Notes: a model not told the origin generated them from the sequence alone. Positions 20,452-29,695 are shown, counted from the first letter of the stretch. The stretch: DNA of 64,000 bases from an uncultured candidate division Zixibacteria bacterium (GCA_963668625.2 CAXXKA010000001.1:288001-352000), one strand, 5' to 3'. Numbers and translations are program-made.

Positions 20452-22161
20452 ATGAGACTAATACCTTTAATATCACATCAAAACACCGAGATACCGGGCC
20501 GGTTCTACTGGATCGTCTTATCACGGATAATTACCTACGGTTTTTTATTCGCTGCCTCGGCTTTGTTTTTAAGCTCGAACGCCGTACTGTATAAAATTCT
20601 GATTATCTATGGCATACTGGCAATATCGTTGCTTCTATACCTGTTTTTCACCAAAGCCGGTCATAACCTGAGAATACTGAAGGTCGTTATTGCTATACAG
20701 TTGGTTTTCGAATTCGCCATCGAATCGATTCTTATAAACCATGTAGGCGGTAATTTTTCGCCTCTTATTGTCCTGTTTCTTTTATCGATAGTCTCGGCTA
20801 CGCTGGTGTATGGTTTATCCGGTACGATGCTTGCGGCTACTGTCGCCGGGCTTTTTTACGCGGCGCCTATCGTATACGATTTCTCCGGCCTCTTACCGGG
20901 GATACTGGAATCGAATCAACTTGCCCGCATGGGGTTCTCCTCCGATGAGGCATTCTATACGATATTTCTGCATCTGTGCATGTTTTACCTGATAGCGTTC
21001 ATATCCGGCTATGTGGCCGAAAACCAGATATCAGCCTCGAAACAATTGCGGAAAATCAAACTGGAAACCGATGAGATACTGGAGAACATGAGCTCGGGTA
21101 TGGTTACCGTGGATGTTTTCGGACGATTGATCTATTTCAATAAGACGGCGGGCGATATCTTGCAGGTTAATCACAAGCTGGCCAAAGGCGCCTCGTTCAA
21201 ATCGATATTCCTGAAAAAATTTCCCGAGCTTTATTACAAAATCGAGTTGGCTATGTCGACCGGTTACATTGAGCATCGCAGCGAGATTTCGATTACCGTG
21301 GAGAACGAGAAGATACCGCTGGGCATCTCAACCTCGGTGCTGCGGGATGAGAGTAACGAGATTCGCGGCGTAATTACCGTATTCCAGAATTTGAGAGAGT
21401 CCAAGCAGATGGAGAAACGTTTGCGGGATGCCGACCGCCTGGCAACGGTGGGCAAGCTTTCCGCGGGTATCGCCCACGAGATACGAAATCCGCTAGCCTC
21501 GATCTCCGGCTCGGTGGAGGTGCTGAAAACCTCGCTGCAGTTAACCGATGAGCACGATAAAAAGCTTCTGGAGTTAATCTTAAAAGAATCCTCGCGTTTG
21601 AATCATATATTGACCGAGTTCCTCAGTTTCGCGCGTATCAAAAGCAATCCCGAAATCAACACCGAGATTGGACCTGTCATAGATGAGATATTGGTGCTGG
21701 CTAAATCTCATCCCAGTTATAAGGAAAATATTGAGCTCAAATATAATCGCCCTAAAGATCCGGTACGCGGCCGTGGCGGTCCTGACATGTATAAGCAATT
21801 GCTATGGAATCTCATCCTGAACAGTTTCCAGGCCATCGGTGATAATGGCGGCGCGATAATCATTACCTGCAAAAAAGTAATCGAGAAAAACGGCAAGTTC
21901 ACCACCAGACTGTCGTTTAGAGATACCGGCCCCGGAATACCTCCGAATATAAGGGCGAGGATATTCGATCCGTTTTTTTCCACCAAAAGCGATGGCACCG
22001 GGCTGGGCCTGGCGATTGTCAAACGCATTGTCGAATCGCTCGAGGGCAAGATCGAATTCGACACCGATGATGCCGGTACGACTTTCGACATTTTACTGCC
22101 CAACGGTTTCCACACCTCCTCAGGGCAAGAGGCCAAAAAATTGGCCGAGACAGCGAAATAA
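20452..22161 (+). CDS. pilS: PilS-like sensor histidine kinase (TM, PAS, HisKA, HATPase)
   Basis: ~6 TM helices, ILENMSSG PAS, AHEIRNPL, NLILNSFQA, DTGPGI, PFFSTK..GTGLGL; follows pilC. Confidence 0.8.
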   Translation: MRLIPLISHQNTEIPGRFYWIVLSRIITYGFLFAASALFLSSNAVLYKILIIYGILAISLLLYLFFTKAGHNLRILKVVIAIQLVFEFAIESILINHVGGNFSPLIVLFLLSIVSATLVYGLSGTMLAATVAGLFYAAPIVYDFSGLLPGILESNQLARMGFSSDEAFYTIFLHLCMFYLIAFISGYVAENQISASKQLRKIKLETDEILENMSSGMVTVDVFGRLIYFNKTAGDILQVNHKLAKGASFKSIFLKKFPELYYKIELAMSTGYIEHRSEISITVENEKIPLGISTSVLRDESNEIRGVITVFQNLRESKQMEKRLRDADRLATVGKLSAGIAHEIRNPLASISGSVEVLKTSLQLTDEHDKKLLELILKESSRLNHILTEFLSFARIKSNPEINTEIGPVIDEILVLAKSHPSYKENIELKYNRPKDPVRGRGGPDMYKQLLWNLILNSFQAIGDNGGAIIITCKKVIEKNGKFTTRLSFRDTGPGIPPNIRARIFDPFFSTKSDGTGLGLAIVKRIVESLEGKIEFDTDDAGTTFDILLPNGFHTSSGQEAKKLAETAK

Positions 22162-22175
22162 TAATATTATCATAT

Positions 22176-22450
22176 CACTAACGTCCGGTGTTTTTCGATA
22201 AATTTCATATTCCTCCTTGGAATTGTTAGTGAAAGATATTTTCCGATAAAATTATATATTCAGCGTATCCTGCATCCTGACATGCCCTGCCGATGTTAGG
22301 CTTAGTTCCCAGATTCCCAAGCGCTGCTTCGTCATGTTGATGTAAGTGGCGGAATATTAAGTATTTACCAGTGCAGACAAGACTCCAAAGCAGCGCTATG
22401 GAACCAGGAGGAGGTCTAATCACTCGTGCGATAACCATTTTCAACAACCC
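22176..22450 (-). repeat. Composite repeat: inverted right part of MITE-A, REP doublet, MITE-B-like end
   Basis: 22176-~22330 is the reverse complement of the right half of the 33119/43811 elements; ~22320-22400 resembles 33415-33493; ends TTTTCAACAACCC. Confidence 0.75.
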
Positions 22451-22527
22451 TTAAGGTGGAAACCCGGTAAGCCCGTGGAGGGACAACTAACCAATCAGAT
22501 AATTTTTACTTAAGCCATCTTTTTTTC

Positions 22528-22556
22528 TTGACGATTGAACATATGAACAGTATATT
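22528..22556 (+). promoter_or_regulatory. Sigma-70 promoter of lexA with candidate LexA operator
   Basis: TTGACG-N17-TATATT; the spacer contains the near-palindrome TGAACATATGAACA. Confidence 0.65.
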
Positions 22557-22620
22557 TATTGGCAGATAAGAAATGTTTAGTAGTCGGGGGGTGCCGGTGG
22601 TGGTTTTAAAAGGCGATTTC

Positions 22621-22703
22621 GTGGCTGGCGGACATCCTCGTTTGCTGGTTATTGGACAATAGCTAAGAAGGTGTTGTGGTCGGCGGATATCCCCGTCAGC
22701 CAC
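22621..22703. repeat. REP-like inverted pair in the lexA leader
   Basis: GTGGCTGGCGGACATCC ... GGATATCCCCGTCAGCCAC imperfect inverted repeat. Confidence 0.5.
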
Positions 22704-22730
22704 TAATAGAATTAACTCAACAAAGGAGGG

Positions 22731-23357
22731 GTGATGAAGGAACTAACTCCCCGTCAAAGAGAGATTTTCGAGTTCATCAAGCAGATGGTCGTGGAGATGG
22801 GCCGTCCGCCCTCGCTGCGTGAGATAGGCGAGAGGTTCGGTATCAACTCGACCAATGGTGTGCGCTCGGTATTGGAGGCGCTGGAGCGTAAGGGGTATAT
22901 CAAGCGCAACCGCTACCTGTCGCGCGGCATCGAGATCGTTAAAGAGGCGCCTGAGCGTATCGAGGAGTCCAACCTGGTGTCGGTACCCTGGGTTGGCCGT
23001 GTCGCGGCCGGTGTACCATTGTGGGCCGAACAGAATATCGAGGGTAATTTTTATATCGATAAATCGTTTGCCACCGGCGAGAACATTTTCGCGCTCAAAG
23101 TGGATGGCTTATCGATGCGTGACGCCGGTATCCTTGATGGCGATTTCGTGCTGGTTCGCCGTCAGCAGATGGCTCAGGCGGGCGATATCGTGGTCGCGCA
23201 GATTGATAACGAGGCGACGGTAAAGCGTTTCTTCCCGGAGAAAAAGCGTATCCGGTTAGAGGCGGAGAACCCCGATTTCGGTCCGATCATCGTAGAGAAG
23301 AACACCCCCGGTTTCATGATAGCCGGCAAGGTGATTGGTTTGATGCGCAAGATGTAG
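22731..23357 (+). CDS. lexA: SOS repressor LexA
   Basis: LTPRQREI..I, PPSLREIG, ALERKGYI, GRVAAG (Ala-Gly cleavage), GLSMRDAGILDGD (Ser), EATVKRF (Lys). Confidence 0.97.
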   Translation: MMKELTPRQREIFEFIKQMVVEMGRPPSLREIGERFGINSTNGVRSVLEALERKGYIKRNRYLSRGIEIVKEAPERIEESNLVSVPWVGRVAAGVPLWAEQNIEGNFYIDKSFATGENIFALKVDGLSMRDAGILDGDFVLVRRQQMAQAGDIVVAQIDNEATVKRFFPEKKRIRLEAENPDFGPIIVEKNTPGFMIAGKVIGLMRKM

Positions 23358-23475
23358 TAAGCGGTGATGGCAATCGCCGGGTGTGGTAGTGTGGTGTGAT
23401 ATGGTGAGGGGTATAACAAAGCATATTATAATTGATATACAGTATTTGATTTATTGATAATGATAATAATATCCC

Positions 23476-23499
23476 GTAGGGGCGTATCGCATACGCCCC
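23476..23499 (+). repeat. GTAG-family REP
   Basis: GTAG head with the hairpin GGGGCGTAT-cgc-ATACGCCCC. Confidence 0.8.
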
Positions 23500-23529
23500 A
23501 GGCAGAATGATTGAGAGCAGGGGTGAGCT

Positions 23530-24825
23530 ATGTACAACATGCGAATTGATGTTATAAGGAAAGAGTTGGAGAGAAGGTTTAGGGAAGTTGAGAAATTAGA
23601 TGAAAATGATCACACAGAAATCGAAGAAACTGTTAGTAAGTTTTTATATTTTTTGTTGTCGGATCTTCAAATAAGAGATTTTATAATTGGCCTGTCACAT
23701 TTTGATGAAGATTATATTCGTTCTGAAACCTATCAAAATATAATCGGTGAAATTAAAGGTGTCTTGAAAAATATCACTTCGGAACTTATAAAATATAAAT
23801 TTACTGGTAAAAAATTCAAAAATACTTTTAATGAGATTCATAAAGGATTAGGTAATCCTTTCAATTTGCCTAAACCTAATGTCAGGGGTAAATATATTAC
23901 TATTGATAGATATTTAAATGCGCTTAAGAAAATTGATAATTACATTATTGATTATGCAAACGAATTAGATGGGATTATAAGTACCATCAATAAGTTTATT
24001 GATCATGCTGATGATATTAATATGAATTACAATAACAATAACAATAAACTACTTAAACTATTAATGTTGTTGCAGAGCAATAAGGTGAGAATAGATTCAT
24101 ATTTGGATTACAAAGCTGAATATGAATCAGCGAGTTCTCTTTATCAATTGTTACCCTATTTAAAAACATCACATTATTGGTATTTATTAAATCTTGGTAA
24201 GAGTACTTTAGGTGAAAGCATAAAAGTTCGCACTATTTCAAGAAAATCAGAGTTTTCTGTTCAATTATTTTTAATTGATGAATGTCGTCAAGTCTACCAC
24301 GCCGTAGATGAATACCTCCTAACCGGCAAATCCAAAAGCGCTCTCATCGAACGTTTGAAAACCTATTGTATGTGGATCAGGCGAGATGATTTTCCTAAAG
24401 CTAATGCGGAAGGTAAAGAGGATAAAGTATCTAAAATAGTTTCGGAATTTATTTTCAATCAAGGGTATTTTCCTATAGTTAGATTTAGAGCGGGAAAATC
24501 AGAGCCAGATATTTTATATGAACCATCAGGTGTTGTGCATTGGGATAATTCTGTATTAATCGAGCTTAAACAATATATCGGTAAGACATATTCAAAAAAG
24601 CAATTTCAATTAGATGTCGGCCAAGCGCGAGATTATTTATCTATCGTAAAAGGCGTGAAACCTGATATAGGAGATACGGTTTATCTATTGGTCTTTTATG
24701 CCGGGACTAAACGATTCATTTTAGATGAATCATTTTCTGATGATAAGGTACAGGTAGAATTTATTTATGTAGGTGAAGGATCACCCAGCAAATTAAAAGG
24801 AGAGATTATTTACGGTAGTAAATAA
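23530..24825 (+). CDS. Hypothetical protein with C-terminal PD-(D/E)xK nuclease-like domain
   Basis: E(D)..., EPDIL, VLIELKQY, QARDY motifs; visibly more AT-rich than its flanks. Confidence 0.65.
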   Translation: MYNMRIDVIRKELERRFREVEKLDENDHTEIEETVSKFLYFLLSDLQIRDFIIGLSHFDEDYIRSETYQNIIGEIKGVLKNITSELIKYKFTGKKFKNTFNEIHKGLGNPFNLPKPNVRGKYITIDRYLNALKKIDNYIIDYANELDGIISTINKFIDHADDINMNYNNNNNKLLKLLMLLQSNKVRIDSYLDYKAEYESASSLYQLLPYLKTSHYWYLLNLGKSTLGESIKVRTISRKSEFSVQLFLIDECRQVYHAVDEYLLTGKSKSALIERLKTYCMWIRRDDFPKANAEGKEDKVSKIVSEFIFNQGYFPIVRFRAGKSEPDILYEPSGVVHWDNSVLIELKQYIGKTYSKKQFQLDVGQARDYLSIVKGVKPDIGDTVYLLVFYAGTKRFILDESFSDDKVQVEFIYVGEGSPSKLKGEIIYGSK

Positions 24826-24834
24826 CAACCACCC

Positions 24835-24917
24835 GTAGGGGCAGGTCTAAGACCTGACCGTGAATTACCACCGTGTTATGATGACAGGCAGCGGGTCGAT
24901 CTTAGATCGCCCCCTAC
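24835..24917. repeat. REP doublet (REPIN) upstream of RAYT
   Basis: GTAGGGGCAGGTCTAAGACCTGACC ... GGGTCGATCTTAGATCGCCCCCTAC in inverted orientation. Confidence 0.85.
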
Positions 24918-24932
24918 GAGATATAAATATTG

Positions 24933-25448
24933 ATGGGTAATAAAATGTGCGATAATTCAAAATATCCAAAACGCAAATTCGTTCGTTTGAGGAATTATGA
25001 TTATTCGCAAAACGGAGCGTATTTCATAACTATATGCACTATCGATAAAAAGTATTTAATTGATTCTGATAAGATACGTGCTATCATCCAGGAGACCTGG
25101 GATAATTTACCCAAGCATTATCCTGAGGTAATTTTAGATGAATTCGTCATTATGCCGAATCACATACATGGTATTATAATAATTAATAATAATTTTTATA
25201 ATTTCGTAGGGGCTGGTCTAAGACCTGCCCGCAAACTCTCGGAAATCGTTAAATCATTCAAGTCATTTTCATCAAGAGAGATAAATAAATTACTTAGCAC
25301 CCCCGGCCAATCATTCTGGCAGCGCAATTATTATGAACATGTGATCCGTAATGAACAGGACCTTCATGAGACTCGTACATATATTCGTGAAAACCCTATC
25401 AAATGGGAAATAGATCAATACAACTTAGCACAACATCATCACTCGTAG
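24933..25448 (+). mobile_element. REP-associated tyrosine transposase (RAYT, Y1/HUH)
   Basis: RLRNYDYSQNGAYFITICT, VIMPNHIHGII (HUH), FWQRNYYEHVIR, YIRENP; flanked by GTAG REPs. Confidence 0.92.
25206..25230 (+). repeat. REP copy inside the RAYT coding sequence
   Basis: GTAGGGGCTGGTCTAAGACCTGCCC, read as VGAGLRPA. Confidence 0.85.
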
Positions 25449-25472
25449 ATTCACGGCATGCCGTGTTCCTAC
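25445..25472. repeat. GTAG...CTAC REP overlapping the RAYT stop codon
   Basis: GTAGATTCACGGCATGCCGTGTTCCTAC. Confidence 0.8.
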
Positions 25473-25534
25473 GATGTTGCGAGGCATACGATAAATGCAT
25501 TATTAATGCATCGCCCATGTAGGGGGGGCAATAC

Positions 25535-25783
25535 ATGTACCAGGATATCGAAGAACCGATAGATGTTATCGCCGTTTTTGAAAGCGGCACTATGAAACCG
25601 CTCAGGTTTCGCTGGAACGGCCGGGCGATCAAAATCAAACGGATCACCGGCTCGTGGAAATCCGATATGGGGCAGACCAGGCTGCGCTATTTCGCCGTGC
25701 TCGATCATGCCTCCAATTTCTTCCAGCTCGCTTACGATGAGCGAAACACGATCTGGGTGCTCAATAAAATCTGGGTGGAATAG
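25535..25783 (+). CDS. Small DUF6504-like protein upstream of dinB
   Basis: IEEPIDV, PLRFRWNGR..I..I...W, FQLAYD...W.L pattern; 2-bp gap to dinB. Confidence 0.7.
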   Translation: MYQDIEEPIDVIAVFESGTMKPLRFRWNGRAIKIKRITGSWKSDMGQTRLRYFAVLDHASNFFQLAYDERNTIWVLNKIWVE

Positions 25784-25785
25784 CC

Positions 25786-27021
25786 ATGGACCCGCACAAA
25801 AAATTCTGCACTAACGATAGGGGCCGTGAAAAGAATCATGAGCCCGATAAACAGCGTCTGATAATGCATATCGATATGGACGCGTTTTTCGCCTCGATAG
25901 AGATCGCCCACATGCCCTCACTGGAGGGCAAGGCCGTAATTATCGGCGGTGATCCCAACTCGCGTGGCGTGGTTACCACCTGCTCTTACGAGGCGCGCAA
26001 GTTTGGCGTGCATTCGGCCATGTCCTCGTACGAGGCAAAAAAGCGATGTCCGCACGGCATATTCCTGCACAACTCTACCGATAAGTATGGCTATGTCTCG
26101 ATGGAGATCATGAAACTACTGACAGATTTCTCGCCCCAGGTCGAACCGTTCTCGGTCGATGAGGCATTTTTGGATATCACCGAGACAGTCGATCGCTGGG
26201 GCGGCCCCGGCCCGATATCTATCGAGATCAAAAAGCGTATCTGGGATAGCCTGCGGATGACTTGCTCAATCGGCATATCGGCGGTGCGATTCGTGGCCAA
26301 GATGGCCTCGGGGGCGGAAAAACCCGATGGCCTGACTATTGTCGAGCCGGGTAAGGAAAAAGAGTTTCTCTGGCCACAACCGATCGGCAACCTCTGGGGG
26401 GTAGGCCCGAAATCGGCCGAGGCGTTTAACAAAATCGGCGTGTTCACTATCGCTGATCTGGCCAAAGTGCCTAAGCACAAGATGAAAAAATATTTCGGCA
26501 TCGTAGGCGATTCTCTTCGCGATATGGCCAACGGTATCGGTAATAACGAGATTCATTTCACGCATGATGAGTCCGAGGAGAAATCGATGGGGCATGAGCA
26601 TACGTTCGGAGCCAATGTCTCGGATATCGATAAAATACACAGCATGATGCTTCGCCTGTCAGATAAAGTATCCCGTCGTTTGCGAAGCGCCGGCTACGTG
26701 GGCAGGACAGTCACGCTCAAGGTTAAGCATGCAGATGCCCGCCTGAAAACGCGCGCCAACACGTTTAGCCGTCCCACCGACTGCGCCGTCATGATATATA
26801 ACCACGCGGTCAAGCTTCTGCAAAAGCATCGTCTGGCCGAATCGCCGATCCGCCTGGTAGGGGTATCGGTATCCAAACTCAGCCCAAAATCGGAACCGGC
26901 CCAGTGCGATTTACTTGGCAATCCAGATGAGCGTTCCGAGAAAATAGACAGTGTCATTGATACCCTGCGCAATAAGTACGGGGAACAGGCAATCACGTTT
27001 GCCGGTGAACAAATACTATAG
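25786..27021 (+). CDS. dinB: Y-family DNA polymerase IV
   Basis: HIDMDAFFASIE, CSYEARKFGV, SVDEAFLD, KPDG, LWGVG, KSMGHEHTF, IRLVGV; clamp-like QCDLL. Confidence 0.95.
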   Translation: MDPHKKFCTNDRGREKNHEPDKQRLIMHIDMDAFFASIEIAHMPSLEGKAVIIGGDPNSRGVVTTCSYEARKFGVHSAMSSYEAKKRCPHGIFLHNSTDKYGYVSMEIMKLLTDFSPQVEPFSVDEAFLDITETVDRWGGPGPISIEIKKRIWDSLRMTCSIGISAVRFVAKMASGAEKPDGLTIVEPGKEKEFLWPQPIGNLWGVGPKSAEAFNKIGVFTIADLAKVPKHKMKKYFGIVGDSLRDMANGIGNNEIHFTHDESEEKSMGHEHTFGANVSDIDKIHSMMLRLSDKVSRRLRSAGYVGRTVTLKVKHADARLKTRANTFSRPTDCAVMIYNHAVKLLQKHRLAESPIRLVGVSVSKLSPKSEPAQCDLLGNPDERSEKIDSVIDTLRNKYGEQAITFAGEQIL

Positions 27022-27201
27022 TAGCCATAATGTAACATTCGATTACCTCTAATTTTTAAGCAGAACGAGTATTATCATAATTAATTAACTTAACATTAAT
27101 GTCCTTTGATGTTCATTTTTTGTCATATTTAACTTGCATCCACAGGTTTTTGTATTATTTTCACTATTTGCCGCCTTGGGGGCTAGCGGTGGAGTATTGC
27201 T

Positions 27202-28518
27202 ATGTTTGATCAGTTAACTGAAAGACTTGACTCGGTTTTTAAGAAAATCACCGGCCGAGGTGTGCTTAACGAGAAAGATGTTAAAGCCGCCATGAAAGAG
27301 GTCCGGATGGCTTTACTTGAGGCCGATGTTAACTATAAGGTAGCCAAGAATTTTATCGCCAATGTCCAGGAGCGAGCTGTTGGCCACGAGGTAACCAGTT
27401 CCATTAAACCCGGCCAGCAAGTGGTTAAGATCGTCAATGACGAGTTAGTCAAGCTTCTGGGACAACAAAACGCGCCTTTGAATTCGGCCCCACAGCCGCC
27501 AACTATTGTTATGATGGTTGGTCTTCATGGTTGCGGCAAGACGACACTTTCAGGTAAACTTTCCAAATTATTCAAAAAACGCGGCAAGCACCCTCTACTT
27601 GTAGCCGCGGACATTCATCGCCCGGCGGCCAAAAAGCAGTTGGAGATTCTGGCAAAATCACTTGATATGCCGTTCTTCACCAGCGAATCCAGCGCCCCGG
27701 ACATTTGCACGGAGTCGATCAAGTATGCCAGGGAGAAGCTCTACGATCTGGTCATACTCGATACCGCAGGCCGCCTGCAAATTGATGATGAACTGATGGC
27801 TGAGTTGGAGAGTATAAAAAAGAAAGTGAATCCCACAGAGGTATTATTCGTTGCCGATTCCATGACCGGTCAGGAGGCTGTCAATGTAGCCAAAGCGTTT
27901 CACGAACGTATCGAGGTTACGGGTGTGGCGCTTACCAAGCTGGATGGTGATGCCAGGGGCGGCGCGGCGCTGTCTATCAAATCGGTGCTGGATGTGCCGG
28001 TGAAATTCATCGGTGTGGGTGAGAAACTCGATGCTATCGAGGAGTTCCATCCCGACCGTATGGCCTCGCGAATTCTTGGTATGGGGGATGTCGTAACGCT
28101 GGTTGAGAAAGCTCAAGCGGCGGTCGATCTTGATAAAGCCAAAAAATTAGAGGAGAAACTCAAAAAGTCCGAGTTTACTTTCGAAGATTTTTTGGATCAG
28201 TTAAAACAGGTGAAGAAGATGGGACCTTTGGAATCGCTTCTCGAGATGATACCGGGCGCCGGCGGAAAGCTTAAGGGCCTTAAGGTTGACGATAAGGCGT
28301 TGCCCAGGATAGAGGCGATTATCAGTTCTATGACCACCGAGGAAAGACGCAAGCCGCAAATCATAAACGGCTCTCGCCGCAAGCGAATTGCCCGCGGCAG
28401 CGGAACTTCCGTGCATGATGTCAACGTTTTATTAAAGCAGTTCACACAAATGCAAAAGATGGTCAAGAAGATGTCGAAGTTTAATTTCAAAGGTTTTCCA
28501 CAGGGATTCCCGATATAA
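27202..28518 (+). CDS. ffh: Signal recognition particle protein
   Basis: ALLEADV, GKTT, DTAGR, TKLDGDARGGAALS, RRKRIARGSG. Confidence 0.98.
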   Translation: MFDQLTERLDSVFKKITGRGVLNEKDVKAAMKEVRMALLEADVNYKVAKNFIANVQERAVGHEVTSSIKPGQQVVKIVNDELVKLLGQQNAPLNSAPQPPTIVMMVGLHGCGKTTLSGKLSKLFKKRGKHPLLVAADIHRPAAKKQLEILAKSLDMPFFTSESSAPDICTESIKYAREKLYDLVILDTAGRLQIDDELMAELESIKKKVNPTEVLFVADSMTGQEAVNVAKAFHERIEVTGVALTKLDGDARGGAALSIKSVLDVPVKFIGVGEKLDAIEEFHPDRMASRILGMGDVVTLVEKAQAAVDLDKAKKLEEKLKKSEFTFEDFLDQLKQVKKMGPLESLLEMIPGAGGKLKGLKVDDKALPRIEAIISSMTTEERRKPQIINGSRRKRIARGSGTSVHDVNVLLKQFTQMQKMVKKMSKFNFKGFPQGFPI

Positions 28519-28552
28519 ATAATGATTTAAATAAACATCGACAGGAGGATCA

Positions 28553-28903
28553 GTGGCACTTAAGATAAGGTTGCGTAGAATGGGAGCCAAAAAACGGCCA
28601 TTCTACCGCATCGTCGCAATCGATTCGCGCAAAGCGAGAGATGGCAAATTCGTAGACGTACTCGGATGGTATAACCCGATCGAGAAACCGGGCAAAGTTA
28701 AATTCCACGAGGAAAAAATCTACCAGCACCTCGACCAGGGCGCGATCATATCCGATACTGTGGCGAGCATATTCAGACAAACCGGCTTATTGGAAAAATA
28801 TTCGAAAGTCAAAAAAGGTGAGGATGTCTCCGATATGACCGTATCTGAGACTCTGAAGGAAAAAGCCAAAAAGAAAAAGAAGAAAACCGCTACTGAAGAG
28901 TAG
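28553..28903 (+). CDS. rpsP: 30S ribosomal protein S16
   Basis: LKIRLRRMGAKKRPFYRIV..DSR..RDG. Confidence 0.97.
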   Translation: MALKIRLRRMGAKKRPFYRIVAIDSRKARDGKFVDVLGWYNPIEKPGKVKFHEEKIYQHLDQGAIISDTVASIFRQTGLLEKYSKVKKGEDVSDMTVSETLKEKAKKKKKKTATEE

Positions 28904-28944
28904 AGGTGCTCACGCTGAACTACACTATTCACTAAGGAGGCGAT

Positions 28945-29175
28945 ATGAAGGAATTCATCGAATTCATCGCTCGAGCGCTGGTTGACAATCCTAACAATGT
29001 CGAAGTTTCCGAGGTTGAGGGGGAGAAAACAACTGTTTACGAGTTAAGAGTTGCGCCCGAGGACCTGGGTAAGGTAATTGGGCGAAAAGGTCAGACTGCT
29101 AAAGCTATCAGAACTCTTATTGCGGCTGTTTCCGCCAAGAAAGGTAAACGGGCATTACTGGAGATTCTTGAATAG
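28945..29175 (+). CDS. khpA: KH-domain RNA-binding protein (KhpA/UPF0109)
   Basis: [24 protein letters not shown]; conserved position between rpsP and rimM. Confidence 0.92.
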   Translation: MKEFIEFIARALVDNPNNVEVSEVEGEKTTVYELRVAPEDLGKVIGRKGQTAKAIRTLIAAVSAKKGKRALLEILE

Positions 29176-29176
29176 T

Positions 29177-29695
29177 GTGAGCCCTGATGATAAAACACTG
29201 ATTGCCCTGGGGCTTATCGTAAAGCCTCGGGGTCTTTCAGGTGAGGTCCTGATCAGAGCTTATAACGAGTCTAACCCGAACATAAAAGAAAACCTGCCAG
29301 TAGTAATATCCGTTAAGGATAAAAGTATCGATGCCACGGTTGAATCGGCCAGATGGTACGGTAACCGGTTTGGGGTTAAATTCAAAAATATAAGCGGTAG
29401 GGATCAAGCGGATAATATTAAGGGCGGCGAAATTTTTACAGAAATGAAGAATTTGCCCGAGACAAAGCCTGGCGAATTCTTCGTTTTTGAATTAATCGGC
29501 CTCCTTGTTGTCGAAAAGGACGACGTGATCTTTGGCAAAATAATCGATGTAATGAGCTTACCGGCAAACGATGTCCTGATAGTCGAACATGAGGGCGAAA
29601 ACGCGCTCATACCGATGATCAAAGAGGCAATCGATGATATCGATATCGCGGCCGGACGTGTGATGGTCAGCCGGGCAAAGGAGTTCCTGACATGA
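29177..29695 (+). CDS. rimM: 16S rRNA processing protein RimM
   Basis: G.IVKPRGLSGEV, GEFFVFELIGL, PANDVL, LIPM; GTG start inferred. Confidence 0.9.
   Translation: MSPDDKTLIALGLIVKPRGLSGEVLIRAYNESNPNIKENLPVVISVKDKSIDATVESARWYGNRFGVKFKNISGRDQADNIKGGEIFTEMKNLPETKPGEFFVFELIGLLVVEKDDVIFGKIIDVMSLPANDVLIVEHEGENALIPMIKEAIDDIDIAAGRVMVSRAKEFLT

Noticed and set aside
23456-23474. Fur-box-like GATAATGATAATAATATCC upstream of the nuclease gene
   Set aside because: 15/19 match, but in very AT-rich low-complexity DNA where chance matches are likely.
24025-24047. (AATAAC)n tract encoding poly-Asn in the nuclease-like gene
   Set aside because: Only about three in-frame hexamers; cannot cause phase variation.
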